Positions 1 to 11,600 of a stretch of 64,000 bases of DNA are shown one piece after another. Below the pieces are notes generated by a model. The model saw only the letters and a list, made by a program, of their open reading frames with translations. It was not told the origin of the DNA and did no database searches. The stretch is taken from IMG/VR virus record IMGVR_UViG_3300021962_000027, one strand, 5' to 3'. The first letter of the stretch is position 1; the number at the start of each line of letters is the position of its first letter. This DNA comes from a virus. The position numbers and the translations under genes were made by a program.

Positions 1-183
1 CATGCTAATATACTTGGTGGTATGGCTACTTTGGTTAAATTTAATTTCATGGATACCCCAACTTTAAATAAATTCTATAGTGATATAATCATGGATAAAG
101 AAACCATGACCAAAATTAAAAAAGCTATTGGTAAGAATATTATACCAAAATTAAATAGCGGTAGTTTAGAATTTTCATTTTAA
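1..183 (+). CDS. 3' end of a hypothetical protein, truncated by the window start
   Basis: Frame +1 is open from base 1 (HANILGGMATLVKFNF...SLEFSF) to TAA at 181-183, 3 nt before the next ATG. Confidence 0.7.
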   Translation, partial: HANILGGMATLVKFNFMDTPTLNKFYSDIIMDKETMTKIKKAIGKNIIPKLNSGSLEFSF

Positions 184-186
184 TAA

Positions 187-2889
187 ATGGCTCAAGGGGA
201 TATAGCAGCAAAATTAGATAAAATGCTTAAGGAATTAGATTCTTTAAACAATGGTAATACTGTGTCCCAAAAACTTAGAGAAAATGCGATTCAACAAATT
301 ATAGAATCACACGCAAAATCTATTGACGCTAAAAAAGAAGCTTACAAATATGATCTTAGACAAGATACGATATCATCGTATATTAAAAAAGTTTATAAAA
401 GAAATAAGGATGTAATTAATGAAAGGATTAAGTTAGAAAAGGAACAAGAGAGGATAACTGAGTTAATAGAAAAATATAAGGAAGAAGAGATTGAAGCCGC
501 ACAAAATGGTAAGACAGAATTAAGTAAATATATCCTTAAAAGAAGAACCCAGTTAGAAACCGAAAAGATTATCAACGAAGCGATGGAAGGTGCTTCAGAC
601 ACAGCAGAAGCTGCCGCTAAAACAGGTAACCCGTATTTAGCCGCTATTATTGTAGTTGGTGGAGCTGTATTCACCGCAGTTAAAACATTAGCCACAGCCG
701 CATTTAGTTTGTTTAAAATAGTTGGTGGTTTTGTTACGGATATGTTTGGATCTGATTTGGGTATCGGAGCTGTTTACGAAACTTTTCTTCGAATGCAAAA
801 AATCACTGGTGATTTTTCAGCGGATGCTGGGTTAATCGCTTCTGAATCCGAAAACTTCCTGGGTAATATGCCTAGAATAATGAATGAAGTTCTAGATGTT
901 GGTGGTACCATTGAACAAATTGGTGAGGTGATGGATAAATTAACTAATGTAACTGGTAAAAATAGAATGTTTACTGGTAAACAATTTAAAAACATTATTG
1001 AGTTAGGTCTTGGTACTGGTTTAGGTGTAGAAGAGGGTTCAGAACTCATAGGAAACTTTGATAACTTAGGGTATTCATTAGATCAAACACTTGAATTAAC
1101 CGACTATGCCAGAAATAAGGCAATGAGAGTATCCCAAAACCAAACAGGGGTTCTTAAAAAAGTAAATGAATTAGTTATCTCATTAACTGGTTTCGGTATA
1201 TCTAGGGGTTTAAAGGGTCTTACTGATTTGGTGGTTAAAACCCAAAAATTAAGAATTGATGTTGTTAAAAGCGTTGATTCATTTAAAGATGCTTTTACTG
1301 ATCCAGAGACTGCTGTTGAAGTAGCAGCGACCGCCAAATTACTTGGTGGTAAATTTGCATCTTATTTCGGTGACCCTTTTACATTAATGGGTAAGAGTGT
1401 ACTTGAACCAGAGGAATTAACAGCTGATTTAATTGAAGCGCTAAAAGGTAAAGCTTTTAAAGGTAGAAACGGTTTTCAAATGTCACCAGCTGACCGTCAA
1501 ATAATTAAAGAGTTTGCTGAATCGATTAATCAAGATGCTGACGAATTAATGAATGGTGCTATTGAACAGGCTAAATTTACCGATAAAATAGACGCTTTAG
1601 ATAAAAAAGGTTTTTCAGCGACAATGAATAGTGAACAAAAGGATTTGATCACAAATTTAATGACATTAAATGAGGATGGTAGTTATAGTGTTAGATTATC
1701 AAACGGTGTTATTAAAAGACTTGAAGAAATACCAAGTATAAATGTAATAAATCAAACTTTGTTACAAAACAGAAGAAATGATGAATCAGCTTTGTTAAGA
1801 AAAACACTAGCCGAAAGAATTGGTATAGCCATTGATAGATTTAATATCGGTTTCTCACAAGTATTTGTTGTATTAAATAGGTATTTCACACAAAACGATA
1901 CGATGAATAATTTAGATAGTACCGTTGCTAGTGTTAGTAATGGGATGATTAATTGGTTAAACCAAAATATGTCCAATACTGGTTTATGGGGTGTATTCAT
2001 TAGAAAAGGTCTTAAAGCTGCTAATGAAATGATCGATAAAGTATTAGGTATATGGTTGAATCCAGATACAATCTTTACACAAAAATTCGGTGAAACGCTT
2101 AATTTTATATTTAAGGGTCTTAATGATATATTAGTACCTTACATACAATATTACGGTGGTAGAATAGTTGAATTACTGGGTAATGTGTTACCAGGTATTG
2201 GTGAAAAATTCCAAAAAATAGGGTTAGAGGTACAGAAAAACGCTTTAAATAACGCAGGTGAAAATTCTATTTTAAGTAAAAACAAAAAGAACTCATTAAC
2301 ACAAAGAATTAATACGTGGAATGAAAATAACGGGGGTGTGGATCTTAGTTCGCCAGCGATAAAAACTGGTGCTTATTTAACATCAAAATCTGCCGCAAAA
2401 ATACTAGGAAAAAGTATAGTTAAAAAAATACCTGGTATCGGGTTAGTACTTGGCGTTTTTGATGCAATTGGCCAAGTTGTTGAGGGTGATTGGGATCAAG
2501 CTGGGATAGCACTTGCATCTGGGGCTTTAACCACAATACCTGGTGTTGGTACAGCGGCATCAGTGGCTTTAGACCTAGGTAACGCATATATTGATAACCA
2601 AAGAGGTGATAACCATATATCAGTTCAAGACGCTGTTATTAGACCAGACGGTAGTTATTATGATGGTAATAAGGGTGATACAATCTCATATTTAAAATCT
2701 TTAATAGAAGGTAATATGAGTACAAACGCTAGTAAAAAAACATCAGTTAATTTAGTGTTAAAAGGTAAAATAACTAACATAAGTAGAAACACAAGATTAA
2801 CTGATAAAGAGCTTGATGCATCAATTTCTGAATCATCAAAAATGATATTAAAACAAGTAATAACTAATTTACAAACATCTGCTGTATAA
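187..2889 (+). CDS. Tail tape measure-like protein, paralog 1 (900 aa)
   Basis: Helical A/K/E/L-rich protein with an N-terminal coiled coil and hydrophobic Gly/Ala segments (YLAAIIVVGGAVF; KKIPGIGLVLG...IPGVGTAASVALD). It lies upstream of tube-initiator, LysM and hub genes. Confidence 0.75.
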   Translation: MAQGDIAAKLDKMLKELDSLNNGNTVSQKLRENAIQQIIESHAKSIDAKKEAYKYDLRQDTISSYIKKVYKRNKDVINERIKLEKEQERITELIEKYKEEEIEAAQNGKTELSKYILKRRTQLETEKIINEAMEGASDTAEAAAKTGNPYLAAIIVVGGAVFTAVKTLATAAFSLFKIVGGFVTDMFGSDLGIGAVYETFLRMQKITGDFSADAGLIASESENFLGNMPRIMNEVLDVGGTIEQIGEVMDKLTNVTGKNRMFTGKQFKNIIELGLGTGLGVEEGSELIGNFDNLGYSLDQTLELTDYARNKAMRVSQNQTGVLKKVNELVISLTGFGISRGLKGLTDLVVKTQKLRIDVVKSVDSFKDAFTDPETAVEVAATAKLLGGKFASYFGDPFTLMGKSVLEPEELTADLIEALKGKAFKGRNGFQMSPADRQIIKEFAESINQDADELMNGAIEQAKFTDKIDALDKKGFSATMNSEQKDLITNLMTLNEDGSYSVRLSNGVIKRLEEIPSINVINQTLLQNRRNDESALLRKTLAERIGIAIDRFNIGFSQVFVVLNRYFTQNDTMNNLDSTVASVSNGMINWLNQNMSNTGLWGVFIRKGLKAANEMIDKVLGIWLNPDTIFTQKFGETLNFIFKGLNDILVPYIQYYGGRIVELLGNVLPGIGEKFQKIGLEVQKNALNNAGENSILSKNKKNSLTQRINTWNENNGGVDLSSPAIKTGAYLTSKSAAKILGKSIVKKIPGIGLVLGVFDAIGQVVEGDWDQAGIALASGALTTIPGVGTAASVALDLGNAYIDNQRGDNHISVQDAVIRPDGSYYDGNKGDTISYLKSLIEGNMSTNASKKTSVNLVLKGKITNISRNTRLTDKELDASISESSKMILKQVITNLQTSAV

Positions 2890-2904
2890 AAACAGTTTGT
2901 TTTG

Positions 2905-2912
2905 TATTTATA
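2905..2912 (+). promoter_or_regulatory. Putative phage late promoter TATTTATA
   Basis: The same motif recurs in the spacers upstream of structural genes. Confidence 0.55.
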
Positions 2913-2941
2913 GTTAACTAATATATAGTAAATTTAAATAA

Positions 2942-5632
2942 ATGGCACAAGGAGATTTTTTCAGTAATTTAAAAAATGCGCAGCAAAGTTTGAGCGATGC
3001 TAGGGCTAACGGTTTGATCACCGCACAGCAGGAAGAAGATCATATGATGAAAATGATGTCATATTATGAAGCCATAAACGCAAAAAAAGCAGCTGGTAGG
3101 GAATGGGATTTAAAAAACCAAACAATACTACAAAATATATCTAGGTTTGGTAAACAAATGGTTGAAGATGCTAATAACTTAAAAGATGCTAAAAAGAATC
3201 TTAAGAAGACAACTGAAGAAATTAAAAAACTTGATGAAACCGCCAATAAATTAGAGCAGAGGGGTAATAAACTCGCTGCCGATATGATTAAAAAGAAAAA
3301 GGCTCAACTAGAACTTGAAAAAGAAATTGCTGAGGTAAACGTAGAAACAGCTAAAACCGCTAGTGGTAAAATGGGTAGTGCGATGGCTGGTATATCTGGT
3401 GTTGGTAAAACAATCGGTACACAATTTAGTGGTATAGGGAGTATATTTAGTGGTATTTTAAGTACGGCTTGGAATTTAGGTAAAGCTTTATTTGATATAA
3501 TTTTCCCTATTGAGAAAGCTTGGAAAATGTTTCTTGAAATGCAAAAAGTTGTTGGTGGGGTTGCCGCTGATATAGGTTTAACATATTCAGAATACAGAAA
3601 TTTAATGAATCAAATGCCAACCCTTTACAATGAAATAATAGGGTATGGTGGTAAGATTGAGGATATTGGTAAAATTATTAAGGGTTTTAGTGATGAAACT
3701 GGTAAAAATCGTTTATTTAGTAAAGAAGAAATAACAGATATAGTTAAACTTGGTTACAGCACTGGTTTAGGTGTTGAAGGTGTGACTAACATGGTTGCTG
3801 AATTTGACAATCTTGGTATATCACTAGGAACAACAATGAAAACCGCTGAAAAGGGGAGACAAGTTGCCGCCAAATTTAATATTAATCAAACAAAACTATT
3901 AAAAACGACAACTGATGTTGTTAAAAATTTAACTGGTACCGCTTTCGGTAGAAGTGTAGAGGATTTAACAAAATTAGCAGCTAAAGCTGAATCACTTAGA
4001 TTTAATTTAGCGGAATCAATTAGTTCTTTTAAAGATGCGTTCTTTAGCCCAGAAAAAGCCGTTGAAGCGGCAGCTAAAATACAAGTACTTGGTGGTGAAA
4101 TGGCGCAACAATTTGGTGACCCATTCTCATTAATGTACGATTCAATGAATAACGCTGACGGTATGGCCGAGAAATTAATCGACAGTGCTAAGAATCTTGC
4201 GGTTAAAAACAAAAACGGTGAATTTATTATTCCACCAGCACAAAGACAAATATTAAAAGAACAAGCTGAAGCGCTTAATCAAAATTATGAAACGATACAA
4301 AATGCTGCCATAGAACAAGCTAAAACAGCTGACAAACTTAACGCTTTAGCTAAATCTGGTAAAAACTTAATGGGTTTTGATGAAGATCAAAAACAACAAT
4401 TAAGTAATTTAATGACTCTTAACAAAGACGGTCAATATGAGATTAAAATGCCTAACGGTGTTAGTGAGTTGGTTAGTAATATCACAGGTGAGGATCAGTT
4501 GAAAAACATATTATCACAAAGAAAAGCTAGTGAAGATGCTGCACAGTCTAGATTAACGTTACAAGAAAGATTAAACATAGTTTTAGATAGGTTCGCCATT
4601 GGTTTAACACCGTTATTCACAAATTTAGCTAGATTTTTAGAGGATGAAGGTACTTTAAAAAAGATTGAGGATTTGGGTAAGGGTATTGCTGACGGTTTAA
4701 TACCTTTCATTAATGATTTATTTTCACCAGGTGGTTTTCTTGAAACTGGTATTAAAGATTTCTTATCTAAATTTAATACATTCATGGATCACATTAGAGA
4801 TATAATGAATGGTGAGGGTACCTTTTTTGGTAAAATAGGTAAAATATTTGGTGAAATAGCTAGTTTCGTAATGAAAGGTATTTTACCATATGTTGAATTT
4901 ACTTTTGGTCACATTTTAAAAACATTAGGTGACGCTTTAGATATAGATTTAATTAAAAATGCTGGTGAACAAATGATATCTGGTTCATTTGTTACTGATG
5001 GTAAAAGAAATGAGGCTTTAATAGCCATGGCTGGTGGTGAAAAAGCTGTTCAACAACAAATGGGTAGAGGTAATAGAGCTAGAGCCGAAAATAATGATAC
5101 TGGTGGTTTTACATACGGTGGTTATGCGGCAACGGGTGCCGCAGCTGGTGCAGCTATTGGTAGTATTATCCCTGGAGTTGGAACCGCTATTGGTGCTTTA
5201 GTTGGTGGCGCTGGGGGATTAATCACCGCTGGTTTACAAGATATCTTTGAAACTGACGATAACCCAAAACAGCAACATTATCAGTTACCCCCAGTTGAAA
5301 ATGTTAATGACGCTGTATTATATTCTGATGGTAGGGTTTTTAAAGGTGGTAAGGGTGATGCTGTTGCTTTCTTAGATGAAATGGCCTTTGGTCAAGCGTA
5401 TAAATCTGCAATGACTGGTGGTGGAACAAACACAACAGTTACAGTGAATGTCTCTGGTGTTATTGAACATGATTCACCTAGTGGTAAAAGATCGATAACA
5501 GCTAAACAATTATATGAATCAGATCCGCAAATGTTTGGGGAATTTATAAAAACTACCATGGCTAAGAATGATTATGGTAGTGGTAACTACATTGTTGATT
5601 TCGGTGTGGCGCCAATTAGTGATATAGGATAA
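2942..5632 (+). CDS. Tail tape measure-like protein, paralog 2 (896 aa)
   Basis: Colinear similarity to 187..2889 (MAQGD start; GLGVE..FDNLG.SL; SFKDAF..PE.AVE.AA...LGG..A..FGDPF.LM; AIEQAK..DK; NLMTLN.DG.Y; DRF.IG). It also has a glycine zipper GAAAGAAIGSIIPGVGTAIGALVGG. Confidence 0.75.
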   Translation: MAQGDFFSNLKNAQQSLSDARANGLITAQQEEDHMMKMMSYYEAINAKKAAGREWDLKNQTILQNISRFGKQMVEDANNLKDAKKNLKKTTEEIKKLDETANKLEQRGNKLAADMIKKKKAQLELEKEIAEVNVETAKTASGKMGSAMAGISGVGKTIGTQFSGIGSIFSGILSTAWNLGKALFDIIFPIEKAWKMFLEMQKVVGGVAADIGLTYSEYRNLMNQMPTLYNEIIGYGGKIEDIGKIIKGFSDETGKNRLFSKEEITDIVKLGYSTGLGVEGVTNMVAEFDNLGISLGTTMKTAEKGRQVAAKFNINQTKLLKTTTDVVKNLTGTAFGRSVEDLTKLAAKAESLRFNLAESISSFKDAFFSPEKAVEAAAKIQVLGGEMAQQFGDPFSLMYDSMNNADGMAEKLIDSAKNLAVKNKNGEFIIPPAQRQILKEQAEALNQNYETIQNAAIEQAKTADKLNALAKSGKNLMGFDEDQKQQLSNLMTLNKDGQYEIKMPNGVSELVSNITGEDQLKNILSQRKASEDAAQSRLTLQERLNIVLDRFAIGLTPLFTNLARFLEDEGTLKKIEDLGKGIADGLIPFINDLFSPGGFLETGIKDFLSKFNTFMDHIRDIMNGEGTFFGKIGKIFGEIASFVMKGILPYVEFTFGHILKTLGDALDIDLIKNAGEQMISGSFVTDGKRNEALIAMAGGEKAVQQQMGRGNRARAENNDTGGFTYGGYAATGAAAGAAIGSIIPGVGTAIGALVGGAGGLITAGLQDIFETDDNPKQQHYQLPPVENVNDAVLYSDGRVFKGGKGDAVAFLDEMAFGQAYKSAMTGGGTNTTVTVNVSGVIEHDSPSGKRSITAKQLYESDPQMFGEFIKTTMAKNDYGSGNYIVDFGVAPISDIG

Positions 5633-5651
5633 AAAAAAACAATTTAAATAA

Positions 5652-5659
5652 TATTTATA
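5652..5659 (+). promoter_or_regulatory. Putative late promoter TATTTATA, 4 nt before the ATG
   Basis: ATATTTATAAG in a 31-nt spacer. Confidence 0.55.
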
Positions 5660-5663
5660 AGAT

Positions 5664-8600
5664 ATGAGTCTTAATAGTATTTCAGGACAATTTAGAAACA
5701 CAGTTCTAAATTTAAACTTACAATCTCCACCTGATATTGTAACGGGTTTAGTTAATTTAACTAACTCAGTTACTGTTAGCGCCTATTTAGATTCTTTAGG
5801 TCAGGATGCTGTTGTAAATAATTTTTCGGTGCAAAATCCAGGTGATGTTGATACAGCTGGTAACCCCGCTAGATTAGCAAATCTTAACAGAACATTAAAT
5901 ACACCTACCGACATTACAACTGGTATAACTGATTTAACGGTAAACCAACAATATGTCGCTAGTTTTATTAGCGGTAGAGGATCCGTAACAACGATTAATG
6001 ATTATACTAACGTTAACCCAGGTGATGTATTAACAGAAGCGGTTAATCCAAGACTTTTAGATTTAAATAAAAACCTAAACACACCAACAGATATCACAGC
6101 TGGCGTCCAAGCTTTAACACCAAACGCTCAATTTGCTTCCCAATATTTATCTGGTAGGGGTTCATTTAGTGTTATTAACGATTTCAATGTTATAAACCCT
6201 GGTGATGTGTTAACAGATGCTGTTTCACCAAGGCTTTTAGATTTTAGTAGAAACTTAAATACACCAACAGATATCACGGCTGGTGTAAACGATCTAACAC
6301 CTAACGCAGCTTTAGCGGCTCAATATTTATCTGGTAGGGGTTCATTTAGTGTTATTAACGACTTTGTTGTTATTAACCCTGGTGATGTAATCAATGATGC
6401 GATTGCACCAAGAATACTAAACTTTGCTCAAACATTAAATACACCAACAGATATCACAGCTGGTGTTCAAGACCTAACCCCAAATTCAACATTGGCGGCA
6501 CAATACCTTTCTGGTAGAGGATCTTTCGCCCCAGTAAATACATCACCTAATATTAACCCTGGTGATGTTATTAATGATGCGGTAGCACCAAGAACATTAA
6601 ACTTTAATAGAACATTAAATACACCAACAGATATCACAGCTGGTTTAAATGATCTTAGTGGAGCGTATGCAGCTCAATATTTAGCTGGTAGAGGTTCTTT
6701 TAGTGTTATTAATGATTATATTAACATAAACCCTGGTAATGTTCAAACAGATGCGGTAGCACCAAGAACATTAAACTTTAATAGAACATTAAACACACCT
6801 ATTGATATCACCGCTGGTTTAAATGACCTTAGTGGGACATATGCGGCTCAATATTTAGCTGGTAGAGGATTAGATACAGTTATTAATGATTTTAATAATA
6901 TAAATCCTGGTAATGTAGTTGTTCAATCATTAGCACCAAGAACATTAAATTTAAATAGAAACTTAAATACACCAATCGATATAACGGCAGGTTTAACCAA
7001 TCTTAGTGGTTCATTTGCATCTCAATATTTAGCTGGTAGAGGATTAGATACTATTATTAATAACTTCCAGGTTTTAAACCCAGGGGATGTTATGACAGAA
7101 GGTTTAGCACCAAGAACGTTAAACTTATCAATGACATTAAATACACCTATTGATATCACATCTGGTATTAGTACGTTAACAGCAAACGCATCTTTAGCAG
7201 CTCAATATTTAGCTGGTAGAGGTACTAACGCAGCTATTAATACATCACCAAACATTAACCCAGGCGATGTTGTTACAATAGCTAACCCACAAAGAATTAG
7301 TTTATTTAATAGGAATATTATTAAAGACCCATTAAATGACGCAACAGATCAATTCACAATTGCAAATCCAGGTACTGTGGCTATTGGAGCCGATACCGTT
7401 ATTAATGATTTCACAGTTTTAAATCAATCTGAATTAGCACCATTTACACAGCAATGGATTAACTCTAATATCAGAAATAGATACCAAGCTGAATTAACTG
7501 AATTAGTTGATAAAACTGGGGATATTTTCCTAAATACTGACCCTAATACACCTCAAAACCCTTATTTAACCGAGGATAAGTTAAATAATGCCGATCCAAC
7601 ACAACTAGTGATGGGTGACTTCTTAAATTTACCAACAGCATCAACACCTTTAAGCGCTTTGCTTGGTGCGGATTTAAATGTGGCTAATTTACTAACAGAA
7701 CCAGGTGTTAAAAATGATACATTATTAGCACAAATTGGTGCTTTAGAATTGAAGTTCCATTTGGAAGCTAGAATTGCTGCTAAATTGGCACAGGAAGCCC
7801 TAGGATTAACTACTTTGGATGATATGGTAACTAACCCGCTTAAGTTAGCTGAAGCGATTAAAAACCCTAGTTCTATCATTGAGAGAGGTAATGCCGATAT
7901 TACAACATTTAAAGGTGGTTTGGGTAAGGTTGCCAGTTTTATATCCGATGTTAGTGGATTGGGTGGTTTAACATCAGCATTTTTTACCGATGATTCTATC
8001 GTTTTAAGACCAACTTGTTTTTCTGAATCAGAATATGGTACTTACGATATTGAGAAAAAAATAGAAGATAGGGATATTAATAGGATTGAGGAGACAGGTA
8101 GAGGACAAAGATTCTCACTTTTCCTTAATTTAGGTATTAATAAATATACACCAGATTTTGTTGTAAAATTAGGAAGGTCTGACAAAAAAATGTTAGAAAG
8201 CTCCGCTAAAACCCAAACTGGTGTTGAAGATGTAATGTTTAAAACATACATAAGTGGCGGTATTAACGGTACGTTTTATCTATTACAAGATATAAACGGA
8301 TTACAAGTTAAAGCAAATACTGAATTAACAAGAGCTATAACAAAGGGGCCAGCAAATCAAGAAAATTATTATTCAGAACCAGGTGTTGAAACTGTTTCAA
8401 AATATAGTTCAGTACAAACATCATTTGTGTGGAGAGGTTCAACAATGGAAACTTTCTTAGACCCAGTTAATAAACAAACATTGACAGACGATTGGGATGG
8501 TAGGATCAAGGATAATGATACGTTATCAAAAACTAAGACATTCCGTGACTGTTCTATTTTAGATGTTACACAAACTTTATTAGAAGCTGGTGTTGAAAAT

Positions 8601-11600
8601 AGGGCTGCAAGAGCTATTGACCAAACAAAAACAAAATTTACTGATGGTTATAACTTCTCACCAAAAGGTAGTGGTGTGATCACACCATATAGAACTGAAA
8701 GGTTAAGTAAAGACGGTAAAGATGTTGTTGGTTATAAATATTTTGTTCCAGGTCTTGATGCCGCTGGTAACAGAGACCAAAAAAGAATGTATGATGAGGT
8801 TGAGTTATGTAGAACATGGACAAAAGCTAAACCCTTCACAAAAATTACTGATCTTATTAGATGGAAAGAATTACACAGAAAAGAAAGAAACTCAGTATTA
8901 GATAGATATGGTAACTTAAACATCCACCCCTCAGCGCTTAACGTTAATGAAGGTTATGGTAGGTTAGGTGACGGTCTTGGTGATGCTGTTGTTGAAGCTT
9001 TTGGCGAAAAAAGAGCTAGAAAATACATGTTCTCTATTGAGAATCTAGCTTGGAGAGAAGCTAGATTATTCGCAGATTTACCACCTTGTGAGAAGGGTAG
9101 TAATGGTGGTAGAATTATGTGGTTCCCACCATATAATATTAGATTTACTGATGATACAACAACAAACTGGACAGCACACCAATTCCTAGGTAGACCAGAG
9201 CCAATATACACTTACCAAAATACCGAAAGATCTGGTACTTTGAGTTGGGATATAGTTGTTGATCACCCAACAATCTTGAATTTATTAGTTTCTAAAGAGT
9301 TTGCATCATTAACAGATGGTGAAGTCGATGAATTATTAGCTGCTTTCTGGGCTGGTTGTTTAGAATACGATGTTTTTGAATTAGCTAGAATATGGGGCGT
9401 GTTTAGTGAGTCTGATATTGAATACTTCCAAAAAGTAATAGAAGATTTGGACATAAGACTCCCTAATGAAGTGATCAGGAAAAAAATTAAAAGTTCTGGT
9501 GTTAATAATGATAAAAAAGTTGAAATAGAAACTGATGATAAAGCAGCGCCTGCGATACCACAATTTAACTTATTTTTCGAAAACGATATACCATTACCAT
9601 CAAATAGATATAAAGTAAAAACATTTACTGTCGATCCGTATGATAAATATTTTCAAATATATACTGATTTAGCAAATGGTGTAAACATAGATAAAAACTC
9701 TGAATATCAAGAAGAAGCTGTTTGGGGTAATACTTACGGTTCTGGTTTAGCTGATAAAAATTGGATTCGTTATGATAAAACCATTGGTAATAAAATGCCA
9801 GAGGGTAGTAGATACTTTTTTGAAAAAGATAGAGAAAAGTTTCCAGCAAAAACATTTGGTTATGAACAACAATTCAATAGCCTAAAAGATAGTGATTATT
9901 CGGCAAAAAATTATGCATTAACAAAAGATTTTAATTTAAATATTGATATGGTTGCGCATGCATCACCATCCGCACCTGGTAATTCATTAGATAATATAAA
10001 AAAATATAATGATAAATTAGCTGCCAGACGTTTTGTTTCCGTAACAAAATGGTTTATACCAAATGTCTTAAGTAATGATACGATTAAATGTTATAATGTT
10101 AATGATGGTTTAGAAATAACACCAGAAACTATAAATAGTATTTTTAGTTCTGGTTTAGAGGAAACTAATACGATTACAATCCTAAGGGGTGATATAAATG
10201 AACCAACTAAAAGACAAAGAATAATTTTAACTGTTTCAGCTGCGGATGGTTTAACAACTGACGATGTGTTCCCAACGGACCCAACTTCTGACTACGCTAC
10301 TTTATTTGGTATGCCTAAAATATTTAATATTAATGGTGAGGATATACAATATTATGAAATAGCTTATGGTGATAAAATTTATTATATGGTTAAAACATAT
10401 GATGAATACGATAAAGTTGAAGGTCAATTTAAACCAAATGGTACGTTAATAAAAAATAGTCTAATTGGTACAGCTATTGCTATTAGAACAGATAATGGCA
10501 AAGCCACACAAATATACAGAAGACAAGCTGATGTTATTTGCGGTAACTTATCGTCAAACGCATCTTATGCTAGGAGAGTTGAGGTAAATTCTCTTTTAGC
10601 GCCTAAAGAAATACCTATTGAAAGAGTTACACCACCAGATCAAGACCCACCAGCTGAGATTGAGAAAAAATTTGTTACAACAAATGTAACTAAAAGGGAA
10701 ATAGCGCAAAGGATATTAAATAAATTATTAACGGAATGTGATTATTTTGAATATCTCTCAAAAGAGACGCCTATACTTTATGATAGTTTAAAAAGTAAAT
10801 TAAAGTATTTCACCCCAGCTTTCCACTCAATGACACCTGAAGGGTTAAACACTAGATTAACGTTCCTACAACAATGTATGAGACCTGGTGATACTATAAC
10901 TAAAAACCAGGGTCAAGGTAATTGTGATGCTAAAAACACCTCATTTGGTAAACCACCAGTTTGTGTTTTACGAATAGGTGACTTTTACCACACAAAAATT
11001 ATTATTAATAGTTTGAATATAAGTTATGATCCTTTGGTTTGGGATTTAAACCCAGAAGGTATTGGTGTACAACCAATGTTAGCTAAAATTAATTTATCGT
11101 TCAAATACATAGGTGGCCAAGGTTTAAGGAGATATGTTGACCAATTACAAAACGCTTTATCATTTAACTATTACGCAAACACCGATGTCTATGACGAAAG
11201 AACATTTGCTAATACAGATAGAAGAGAAAGGGATTTAATTAACCTTGAACAAGATTTCTTTGCTCAAAACTCATTGGATTTAATACCTATTGTGGCTCAA
11301 GCTAAATTAATAACACCTTCAACTGAATATTTACCAGTTCCTGCTGGTACAATTGGTATAATTAGTCAAAGGTTATTACCAAAATTAGCTGGTGGCACAT
11401 ATTTTAATAGTTTAGTTTCCGCAACACCATTTGACCCAGTAACAGATTTCCCAGCTGAAGCGTGTGTTGTTTACCAAGGCCAATATTATGTTAGAAAGGT
11501 AGCGAAATACCCAGAATCTGGACCAACATTACCAACAGACACAAACACTTGGACAGCTGTTGATCAATCAAACTTTGGTGAATTCGCATTCAGGGAAGAA

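Noticed and set aside
5718-7316. Tandem repeats as a CRISPR array or DGR template/variable pair
   Set aside because: They are in-frame coding repeats without unique spacers; differences are not adenine-specific and no reverse transcriptase is seen
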